Shown here: one piece after another, positions 51,271-58,943 of the stretch
Position numbering within the stretch: the first letter of the stretch is position 1
How the letters are laid out: each line of letters starts with the position of its first letter
NCBI GenBank assembly: GCA_036986275.1
Contig: BTRG01000002.1
Coordinates: 9,387-73,386 of the forward strand
From: Gammaproteobacteria bacterium
GTDB lineage: Bacteria; Pseudomonadota; Gammaproteobacteria; Acidiferrobacterales; SZUA-150
Length of the DNA: 64,000 bases
Direction of reading: 5' to 3'
Made by a program: the position numbers and the translations under genes
The notes under the pieces: generated by a model
What the model saw: only the letters and a program-made list of their open reading frames with translations
Databases searched by the model: none
Told to the model about the DNA's origin: nothing

Positions 51271-51538
51271 GTGGGTCACTTTGGTATTGTAAGCCCCTGC
51301 TGTAAATGCGGATTAAACATTAGAATCGGTGTCTCACCGGGCCCAAGGGTACGGATCGGGATGCCCTGTCAAAAAGGTGAGTAAGTGTCCTGGAATAAGA
51401 TATACAAGATTGTGATTTCAATCATCATCGCAGGTATTATGATTTCCTGGTTTTTTTCAGCGTTGTTTATCCCTGAAAGCTAGACAGGATTGTTTTGCTA
51501 TAAAGGAATTTGTCTTCACATTTGGCTGATAAATAAAT

Positions 51539-53017
51539 ATGAATGATGCGCATGATATCGAAGTGTTGCTGCGTTCACGCATCCCTGTGATTGTGATCGA
51601 GACACATGAAGAAAAGCGTGCTGTGGAGATGTTTATTCCTTTAGCACTGCGTATGGCGAAGCCGGTCTTTGTCTGGTCAATCACGCAGGGCCTGAAGCGT
51701 GTTGATATTGATATGCCACCGCAGAAACATAACATCGATCCAGATATCGTTATTGGTCATATCAAGTCATCTTCCGTACCCGCTATTTACCTACTGCTTG
51801 ATTTTCACCCTTATCTAAATGATCCTAAACTCGTGCGTCAGTTGCGTGAGGTGGCCCAGGCCCGTGAGGAATCCGGGGATACGGTGGTTCTGATCAGCCA
51901 CGACATAGATATTCCGCCAGAGTTGCAGAAGTATTGCGCATATTTTTCCCTGTCCATGCCGGATGAGAAGGTCTTGAGGAAGCTGGTAGTTGAAGAGGCG
52001 CGTGCCTGGTCCGCCAAGAATCATGGGCGCAAGGTACGTACCGATGAGGAATCCATGGAAATGTTGGTGCGCAACCTGGCGGGGCTGACACTGGTCGATG
52101 CCAGGCGCCTGGCGCGGAGTGCGATCTGTAATGATGGCGCCATCTCAAAAAACGATATCGCTGAAGTGATGCAGGCCAAGTACAAGTTGTTCGACAGGGA
52201 TGGCGTGCTGTCGTTTGAATATGATGTGGCACACTTTGCCAATGTGGGAGGACTGCGAAAACTCAGGCATTGGCTGGAACAGCGTAAATCTGTTTTTACT
52301 TCTGCACGAAATATCAGTGGCCTTGAGAGACCCAAGGGTATCATGTTGCTGGGTGTTCAGGGTTGCGGTAAATCGCTGGCTGCCCGTGCCGTGGCAGGCA
52401 TGTGGGGTATACCCTTATTAAGACTGGACTTCGGTAGCTTGTATAACAAATATATTGGTGAGACCGAAAAGAATCTCAGACAGTCCCTTAAAACTGCTCG
52501 CGTGATGGCGCCCTGCGTATTGTGGATAGACGAAATCGAAAAAGGTCTTTCCAGTGAGGAGGGTGACAGCGGCACCTCTCGGCGTATTCTCGGTACATTG
52601 CTGACCTGGATGTCAGAAGAAAATGAAGGTGTGTTTATTGTCGCAACAGCCAATGATATTGAATCACTGCCACCGGAACTGATACGAAAGGGCAGACTGG
52701 ATGAGATCTTTTTTGTCGATCTTCCTGATGCCGGCACCCGGGCAACGGTGTTTGCCGTACATCTTAAAAAACGTAATCAGGATGTGGAAAAATTCGAACT
52801 TGATAAACTGGCGCAACAGGCTGACAAGTTCTCAGGTTCAGAAATCGAACAGGCCGTGGTATCGGCCATGTATGCCGCCCATGCCGCCAAGGCTGCATTG
52901 AACACCCAGCACATTCTCGATGAGCTGGGAAACACGCGCCCTCTGGCAGTAGTGATGGCAGAGAAGATACAGCAGCTGCGCGAGTGGGCAGCAGGCAGGA
53001 CTGTGTCGGCAGATTAG
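51539..53017 (+). CDS. Ycf46-like AAA+ ATPase
   Basis: Walker A GVQGCGKSLAARA, Walker B VLWIDEIEK, and ATANDIESLPPELIRKGRLDEIFFVDLP. The length (~490 aa) and the N-terminal non-ATPase domain resemble the cyanobacterial/plastid Ycf46 family as I recall it. Confidence 0.7.
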   Translation: MNDAHDIEVLLRSRIPVIVIETHEEKRAVEMFIPLALRMAKPVFVWSITQGLKRVDIDMPPQKHNIDPDIVIGHIKSSSVPAIYLLLDFHPYLNDPKLVRQLREVAQAREESGDTVVLISHDIDIPPELQKYCAYFSLSMPDEKVLRKLVVEEARAWSAKNHGRKVRTDEESMEMLVRNLAGLTLVDARRLARSAICNDGAISKNDIAEVMQAKYKLFDRDGVLSFEYDVAHFANVGGLRKLRHWLEQRKSVFTSARNISGLERPKGIMLLGVQGCGKSLAARAVAGMWGIPLLRLDFGSLYNKYIGETEKNLRQSLKTARVMAPCVLWIDEIEKGLSSEEGDSGTSRRILGTLLTWMSEENEGVFIVATANDIESLPPELIRKGRLDEIFFVDLPDAGTRATVFAVHLKKRNQDVEKFELDKLAQQADKFSGSEIEQAVVSAMYAAHAAKAALNTQHILDELGNTRPLAVVMAEKIQQLREWAAGRTVSAD

Positions 53018-53057
53018 CCTTGGCAGGAACGACAGACAACCTGCAAGAACAGCCTTG

Positions 53058-53300
53058 CTATATCCCGGTTATTTTTAACTTGCTTAACAATGCCGGTTTG
53101 TTCTGTTGCGATACAGCAGCGTTGATATTTTCCTGTTTATCAAGGTCGGTCGTGATGCCGCGTAAGGGCTGGGTATCACCTGCCGGTTTATGCAGCGGGT
53201 CTGTTGTCGCCGGGGTTTCGTCCTGTTGGCTGCTGGCAGCCCATGCAGCAGGTGTCGCCAGCATCATAGTTGTAACAATATAAACAAGCTTCTTAACCAT
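53058..53300 (-). CDS. Small secreted hypothetical protein
   Basis: Signal peptide MVKKLVYIVTTMMLATPAAWA, followed by a low-complexity polar sequence; 80 aa. Confidence 0.4.
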   Translation of the reverse strand: MVKKLVYIVTTMMLATPAAWAASSQQDETPATTDPLHKPAGDTQPLRGITTDLDKQENINAAVSQQNKPALLSKLKITGI

Positions 53301-53444
53301 TCTCCACCTTCCTCGTTCTAAACTTTTTATATTCTTTTTTATTGGCGCTCTTTGTCAGCAATAAGCTTGCTATTGGTTTATATGGCCACTCATGGTCACC
53401 AGCGTTCGACTGTTTCCACCAGCCGGTCAGCCACTATGCGCCTT

Positions 53445-54356
53445 TTACGGCGGGTCGTCCAATGTCGTTAGCTCCTGGTCATTGCGCCTGCTGGATCTGT
53501 ATCCAGACCACTGATGCAGCACTAATCCAGAGGCGATGGCCAGGGTGCCCAGCCAGACCTCATTGTTAATAACTTCGTTGTTAAATGATTCACCTGCAAT
53601 CAGGGCTGCTATCGGTGTAACCAAAGTCACCAGGGCGATGGTGCTGACTCGCAGGTGTTTCAGAATGTAAAAATACAATACAAAGCCAAGCACTGAACCG
53701 AATATTCCCAGGTAGAAGATGGCTGCACCGGCGCGAAACTCCACTGTCTCGGGCAGGGTGCCGTCAAATATCCACCATGTTGCAAAATATAGAGGTAATA
53801 CCGCAATGAGCCCGCCGCCCACCACCGTCAGCGCGGGGAGTCTGCTGTCGATATGTTTTATCCAGATAGCGCTGCCAGCCTGCATGATCACGGCTGCCAG
53901 GATGGCGGCAACACCCCAGAGGGCATTTTCGCCAAATTGCAGGCTGGAGCGGAAGATAAATGCCAGCCCAAGCAAGCCCAGCAGCAAACCTGATAACTTC
54001 TGTATTGTCAGCCTGCCCTCATCCAGAAAGTATGCCGCCAGTACGCTGGTGACGATGGGCGATAAGCCAAACAAGACGGCAATAAATCCTGAAGGGATAT
54101 ATTGTGCACCCCAATAAATAGTTAGCATGGCGCCATAGATACCCAGGCTGGCCGCCAGGTAAGTCTGGCGGGCGCTCTTATGCCAATGTATACGCATACC
54201 CAGGACCTTGGCCAGGAGCACACATAGCAGCGCACCAATGATCATGCGGCTGGTGGCCGCGAATAGAAAACCAGGCCCCTCACTGCTCCATTTAATGGCC
54301 AGGGGTGTGGTGCTCCAAATCAATATAACGCCAAGATAGGCTGTGGGTACGGACAT
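53445..54356 (-). CDS. DMT-superfamily (EamA-type) transporter
   Basis: About 10 predicted TM segments and two EamA-like halves (IWSTTPLAIKW..., AIWIKHIDSRLP...). Confidence 0.8.
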   Translation of the reverse strand: MSVPTAYLGVILIWSTTPLAIKWSSEGPGFLFAATSRMIIGALLCVLLAKVLGMRIHWHKSARQTYLAASLGIYGAMLTIYWGAQYIPSGFIAVLFGLSPIVTSVLAAYFLDEGRLTIQKLSGLLLGLLGLAFIFRSSLQFGENALWGVAAILAAVIMQAGSAIWIKHIDSRLPALTVVGGGLIAVLPLYFATWWIFDGTLPETVEFRAGAAIFYLGIFGSVLGFVLYFYILKHLRVSTIALVTLVTPIAALIAGESFNNEVINNEVWLGTLAIASGLVLHQWSGYRSSRRNDQELTTLDDPP

Positions 54357-54375
54357 AATATTCCTTGTCTCATGG

Positions 54376-54413
54376 CTAAACGCAAAAGGCCGCGGCGGAA
54401 TGCCTGCGGCCTT
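54376..54413 (-). terminator. Terminator-like hairpin inside the eamA 5-prime leader (candidate attenuator / riboswitch expression platform)
   Basis: The minus strand reads AAGGCCGC-aggcattccgcc-GCGGCCTT followed by TTGCGTTT. The stem ends 30 nt upstream of the ATG at 54356. Confidence 0.5.
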
Positions 54414-54640
54414 AAAGAGAAATCAGTATGGTTTAACGTTTATCTGAAGCGATTCTCCCGGCCACTGGGGCATACATGTGCGACACGACGGAAAACGACG
54501 CATGGACACATGGGTTTGCAAATGGTTTTGGGCCAGGAAATCATGCTGCCAGTGTCGCGCTACAATTTCGGCCTGTCAAGTGTTTTCATGACGCAACAAG
54601 CATGGAATAATTCACGTGATTAATATCCTTACGATGAGCC

Positions 54641-54925
54641 GTGATGAATCAAATTCTAATAGAACACAACCCGGCACCGGCCAAACTTGAGGTCATGGGT
54701 GTTTTTGATTGGCCAATTTGGGAAAAGGAAGTATCAGCCTTCCTCTGGAGTTATGACACACAGGAAACCTGTTATATTCTCGAGGGCGCAGTCGTGGTGA
54801 CGCCTGATGGTGGCGAAGCGGTAACGATAGGGGCGGGGGATCTGGTAATTTTTCCGGCAGGCATGTCCTGCACATGGGAGATTCGAGAGCCTGTACGCAA
54901 ACACTATAATTTTGCATCGCAATAA
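54641..54925 (+). CDS. Cupin-domain protein (DUF861/cupin_3 type)
   Basis: WPIWEKEVSAFLWSYDTQETCYILEGAVVVTPDGGEAVTIGAGDLVIFPAGMSCTWEIREPVRKHY. Confidence 0.75.
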   Translation: MMNQILIEHNPAPAKLEVMGVFDWPIWEKEVSAFLWSYDTQETCYILEGAVVVTPDGGEAVTIGAGDLVIFPAGMSCTWEIREPVRKHYNFASQ

Positions 54926-54937
54926 CCAGATTAAAGA

Positions 54938-55693
54938 GTGTCTATGATTTCTGATTTTATTTCCGGCGCCCGCTTTTTCTTACGCGGACTGGCGCTGATC
55001 TTCACGCCTGGCATGCGTCGCTATGTCATGTTGCCCGCGCTCATCAACCTGGTGTTATTTTCGGTTTTAATCTACTTCGGTATTTCCTGGTTCGACGTGC
55101 TGATCAACAAACTGGTGCCATCAGGAGATAGCTGGTGGACGGGCCTGGCACGGATAATATTATTCATGTTGTTCGGCGCCGCCATACTCATGGCCATGTT
55201 TTTCAGCTTTACGTTGATTACCAATTTGGTCGGGGCACCGTTTAACGGGCTGTTGGCACAGCGCATCGAGGAGAAATTGACGGGCCAGGCGTTGGTTAAC
55301 TCTAGTTCATTGGTGCAAGTGGTTAAGGATTTTGGTCCAGCGGTACTGGGCGAGCTACAGAAGTATGTGTATTTTTTATTCATTGCTTTTCTGTTGATGA
55401 TTGTTTTCTTTATCCCCGGGCCTAACTTGATACTGGGTCCATTGGGCTGGATCATCTTCGGGTCGTGGATGTTGACGCTGGAGTATGTGGCCTATCCCAT
55501 GGGGAACCACAACAAGGCCTTCAAGGAAGTTCGTGGGGCGCTAAGGTCATACCGTATGATGGGCTTGGGCTTTGGCCTGGCCACTATGGCGGCGACCATG
55601 GTGCCCATCGTTAATTTTATTGTCATGCCAGCCGCGGTAGCCGGGGCCACGGCTATGTGGGTGGAGCATTGGCGGGCCAGGCATTCGTCCTGA
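54938..55693 (+). CDS. cysZ: Sulfate transporter CysZ
   Basis: APFNGLLAQRIEEKLTG and YVAYPMGNHNKAFKEVRGAL...IVMPAAVAGATAMWVEHWR align with E. coli CysZ. Confidence 0.88.
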   Translation: MSMISDFISGARFFLRGLALIFTPGMRRYVMLPALINLVLFSVLIYFGISWFDVLINKLVPSGDSWWTGLARIILFMLFGAAILMAMFFSFTLITNLVGAPFNGLLAQRIEEKLTGQALVNSSSLVQVVKDFGPAVLGELQKYVYFLFIAFLLMIVFFIPGPNLILGPLGWIIFGSWMLTLEYVAYPMGNHNKAFKEVRGALRSYRMMGLGFGLATMAATMVPIVNFIVMPAAVAGATAMWVEHWRARHSS

Positions 55694-55733
55694 CCGGGTC
55701 ACCGCTTCATTAAATTATCCATAGGTTCTGTGC

Positions 55734-56477
55734 ATGTCAGAAAATACCCACCGTCTCCGCGCCATCATCCGTGTCTGTGTCAGCCCCAGTATCTGGCTGC
55801 TGGCGGTGTTGTCTCAGGTGCCGGTAGTGCTGGTGTATTTAAAGGTATTTGCTGGTGATGACGGCCAGCAAAGCATACCGGGGATATTCTTTCTGGCATG
55901 GATGATACTGATACTCTTTCTCTCTGGCGGTATCTTTAATGCGCTGGCATCGCATCGAGACCCCGTTGGCTTGAGACAAATGGTGCAGCTTGCGCAGCCG
56001 GTGTTTGGCGTATTCCTGTGGTTGATACTGCGCGCCATGTTTCTGGGCATGGTGGTGCTTATGATGTTGATATGGATGACTGCGCCTGAGTCGGGGGATA
56101 TGCAAGCGTCTGCGGTGCAGGAGTGGCTGCAAACCAGGATATCATTGATGACACTGGTGATGGCTACGGTGCATCTACTTTTTATCTATTGGTTGCCGTT
56201 GGTTTTTGTACGACGAAACTTTATGTTGATTCCGACATTGCTGGCGAGTGTGCGGGTCTTTATGTCACGCCTGCCACAATCGCCTTTCCTGATAGCGCTC
56301 CTGGGTATCCCTGCTCTGGGCCTGTTTGCCATGCCTGATAATGCTCCCTGGGTATTAGTCGTAATCATTGGCATGTCGGCCAAGCTGTTCTCTTGGATTG
56401 CCTATACCTATTGCGTCGAATACGTGGTCAGAGACAAGGATCAACTGCCACTGGCCCATGCCGGCAACCCTCAGTAA
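55734..56477 (+). CDS. Hypothetical polytopic membrane protein
   Basis: Several hydrophobic helices; I recognised no family. Confidence 0.45.
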   Translation: MSENTHRLRAIIRVCVSPSIWLLAVLSQVPVVLVYLKVFAGDDGQQSIPGIFFLAWMILILFLSGGIFNALASHRDPVGLRQMVQLAQPVFGVFLWLILRAMFLGMVVLMMLIWMTAPESGDMQASAVQEWLQTRISLMTLVMATVHLLFIYWLPLVFVRRNFMLIPTLLASVRVFMSRLPQSPFLIALLGIPALGLFAMPDNAPWVLVVIIGMSAKLFSWIAYTYCVEYVVRDKDQLPLAHAGNPQ

Positions 56478-56538
56478 TCAGCAAAAGAACATACTATCTT
56501 GAAAATGGGTCAGGCCATCTGTAGACTGCGCGCTCCGG

Positions 56539-56615
<77 letters not shown>

Positions 56616-56822
56616 ATTTCCCCCTGATTGTTTTTTCCTTCTCCCGTGGGTCAGGACCCTGGCCAGGGTCACCGAGGGCTAACTTGCGATAAAGACCGGT
56701 GATGTGGTGGCGTCGATGGTTTGGAGTCCCCACGCGCCCAGCGGCTGATATCCAGCGGGTCTGAGGCTTGCATATAGCCCGGGACGGTAATGATTTATTA
56801 CTGCCCGAGGCCCCGTCAGGCA

Positions 56823-56850
56823 TTGTGTTTTCCCGTCGAATGCTTATAAT
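56823..56850 (+). promoter_or_regulatory. Candidate internal promoter upstream of rimP (TTGTGT-N16-TATAAT)
   Basis: TATAAT at 56845-56850 and TTGTGT at 56823-56828. Confidence 0.35.
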
Positions 56851-56885
56851 TTCCGCCGCTACCAGTACAGTAGCCATTTAATAAG

Positions 56886-56916
56886 AAGTGGGCCGTGCGC
56901 CCACTTTTGCGTTTCT
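56886..56916 (+). terminator. Hairpin plus T-tract in the rimP-nusA leader (candidate NusA-responsive attenuator)
   Basis: AAGTGGGC (56886-56893) pairs with GCCCACTT (56899-56906), followed by TTGCGTTT. It lies 28 nt upstream of rimP. Confidence 0.5.
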
Positions 56917-56943
56917 GGACAGAATTAATCGGGGTCTGGCGCA

Positions 56944-57396
56944 GTGATGTTGAAACAAAAATTGCGTGAGGTTCTGGAGCCGAGTGTGACCGGGCTCGGC
57001 TTTGAGCTGGTCGATGTCGAGCTCAGCGGCAGCGGTGCGCAGACGGTATTGCGGTTGTATATAGACAGTCCGCAAGGCATTACGGTAGAGGATTGCGCCG
57101 ATGTCAGTCGCCAGGTCAGCGCGGTGCTGGACGTGGAAGACCCGCTGCCGGGCCAGTACATGCTGGAGGTGTCGTCACCGGGGCTGGACAGGCCGCTGGT
57201 GAAGCCAGCGGATTTTGAGAAGGTGGTGGGTCAGGAAGTCAGGGTCCGCATGTATGAGGCCGTGCTGGGCCGAAAGAATTTTAGCGGCCGCCTGGTTGCG
57301 GCCAGAGACGAGTATGTGCTCGTGGACGTGGATAAGGAACGGTATGAGTTGGCCTATGCGGCCATGGAAAAAGCGAGGTTGGTCCCGGACTTGTAA
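56944..57396 (+). CDS. rimP: Ribosome maturation factor RimP
   Basis: LEPSVTGLGFELVDVELSGSGAQTVLRLYIDSPQGITVEDCADVSRQVSAVLDVEDPLPGQYMLEVSSPGLDRPL. Confidence 0.93.
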   Translation: MMLKQKLREVLEPSVTGLGFELVDVELSGSGAQTVLRLYIDSPQGITVEDCADVSRQVSAVLDVEDPLPGQYMLEVSSPGLDRPLVKPADFEKVVGQEVRVRMYEAVLGRKNFSGRLVAARDEYVLVDVDKERYELAYAAMEKARLVPDL

Positions 57397-57413
57397 CCGG
57401 GAATGAGGACAGC

Positions 57414-58931
57414 ATGACAAACGAAATATTGATGATTGTAGACGCCGTATCACGCGAGAAAGCCGTGGCCAAGGAGATTATCTTCCAGGCCATTGAGGCG
57501 GCATTAGCGACGGCAACCCGCAAGCGTCATGAGGGTGATATTGATGCACGTGTGTCCATTGACCGTGAAACAGGTGAGTACGATACCTTCCGTGTCTGGG
57601 AAGTATTGCCCGATGATGTTGAGGTGGAATTTCCGGATCGCCAGATTTCGGTGAGCTCCGCGCGCAATGTTGATGAAGCGATAGAGGCGGGTCAAACCGT
57701 GGAAGATCCGCTGGAGCAGGTAGAGTTTGGCCGTATCGCTGCCCAGGCCGCCAAGCAGGTCATTATGCAGAAGGTGCGTGAGGCCGAGCGCGAACGCATC
57801 GTGGCTGATTTTGGGGATCGCATAGGTGAGATGGTTACCGGTGTAGTCAAACGTATGGAGCGAGGTGATGCCATTGTTGAGATAGGCACTACCGAAGCCT
57901 TGCTGGCACGCAACAAGATGGTACCGCGTGAGGGTTTGCGTCCCGGCGATCGTATCCGCGCTTATCTGGAAGATGTGCACCTGGCCCCCCGGGGACCACA
58001 GTTGTTTCTGAGCCGCATCGCGGCGGAATTATTATTGGAACTGTTCAAGCTGGAAGTGCCGGAAGCAGGTGAAGGCCTGATTACCATCCATAGTGCTGCG
58101 CGTGATCCTGGCCTGCGAGCCAAGATTTCCGTCAGCACCAGCGACTCTCGCATCGATCCGATCGGTGCCTGTGTGGGTATGCGCGGTTCCCGCGTGCAGA
58201 GCGTATCGAATGAGCTGGGTGGCGAGCGCGTGGACATCATCCAGTGGTCAGATGAATCTGCCCAGTTTGTCATTAATGCGCTGGCGCCTGCTGAAGTGGA
58301 TTCCATTGTGGTTGATGAAGAAAGCCATAGCATGGATGTCATCGTTGATGAGTCGCAACTGTCCCAGGCCATTGGTCGTGGTGGACAAAATGTGCGTCTG
58401 GCCTCCGAGCTGACCGGTTGGGAGCTGAACATCATGACCGATGAAGAGGCCAATGAGAAAAATGCCACCGAGACCACCGTTGCCTTTGAACACTTCAAGA
58501 CGGATCTGGGTGTGGATGAAGATGTGGCCACCATCCTGGTGCAGGAAGGCTTTAACACACTGGAAGAAGTCGCCTATGTGCCGGCACAGGAACTGGTGGC
58601 CATCGAAGAATTCGACGAGGAACTGGTGGAGGAATTGCGTAATCGTGCGCGCGACGTATTACTGACGCGGGCGATTACCTTGGAAGAAAAAATTGATATG
58701 GCCGAGCCCGAGCAGGACCTGCTGGATATGGAGGGCATGGATGAAACCACCGCCCGCCTGTTGGCAAGCAAAGGTATCAAGACTATGGAAGACCTGGCCG
58801 AGCAGGCCGCTGATGAATTGGTCGAGATGGAAATCGAGGGCATGGATGAAGAACGGGCCAAGGCCCTGATTATGACGGCGCGTGCACCCTGGTTTGAAGA
58901 ATCCGGGGAGGCCGAAGGGTCCGCGGAGTAG
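57414..58931 (+). CDS. nusA: Transcription termination/antitermination factor NusA
   Basis: MTNEILMIVDAVSREKAVAKEIIFQAIEAALATATRK..., with S1, KH and C-terminal acidic repeat regions. Confidence 0.97.
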   Translation: MTNEILMIVDAVSREKAVAKEIIFQAIEAALATATRKRHEGDIDARVSIDRETGEYDTFRVWEVLPDDVEVEFPDRQISVSSARNVDEAIEAGQTVEDPLEQVEFGRIAAQAAKQVIMQKVREAERERIVADFGDRIGEMVTGVVKRMERGDAIVEIGTTEALLARNKMVPREGLRPGDRIRAYLEDVHLAPRGPQLFLSRIAAELLLELFKLEVPEAGEGLITIHSAARDPGLRAKISVSTSDSRIDPIGACVGMRGSRVQSVSNELGGERVDIIQWSDESAQFVINALAPAEVDSIVVDEESHSMDVIVDESQLSQAIGRGGQNVRLASELTGWELNIMTDEEANEKNATETTVAFEHFKTDLGVDEDVATILVQEGFNTLEEVAYVPAQELVAIEEFDEELVEELRNRARDVLLTRAITLEEKIDMAEPEQDLLDMEGMDETTARLLASKGIKTMEDLAEQAADELVEMEIEGMDEERAKALIMTARAPWFEESGEAEGSAE

Positions 58932-58943
58932 AGGTCTCGCAAT

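Noticed and set aside
54420-54600. Guanidine-I (ykkC) riboswitch in the eamA leader
   Set aside because: The GGCCGGGAGAA segment is superficially similar to the ykkC 3-prime end. However, the conserved 5-prime elements (GGGUUCCGG, GGUCCGAGAG, ACGR) are absent, so no class assignment is justified.
54372-54623. 83-aa plus-strand ORF between eamA and the cupin gene
   Set aside because: It is Arg-rich, has no RBS and matches no family. The region is better explained as the minus-strand leader of eamA.
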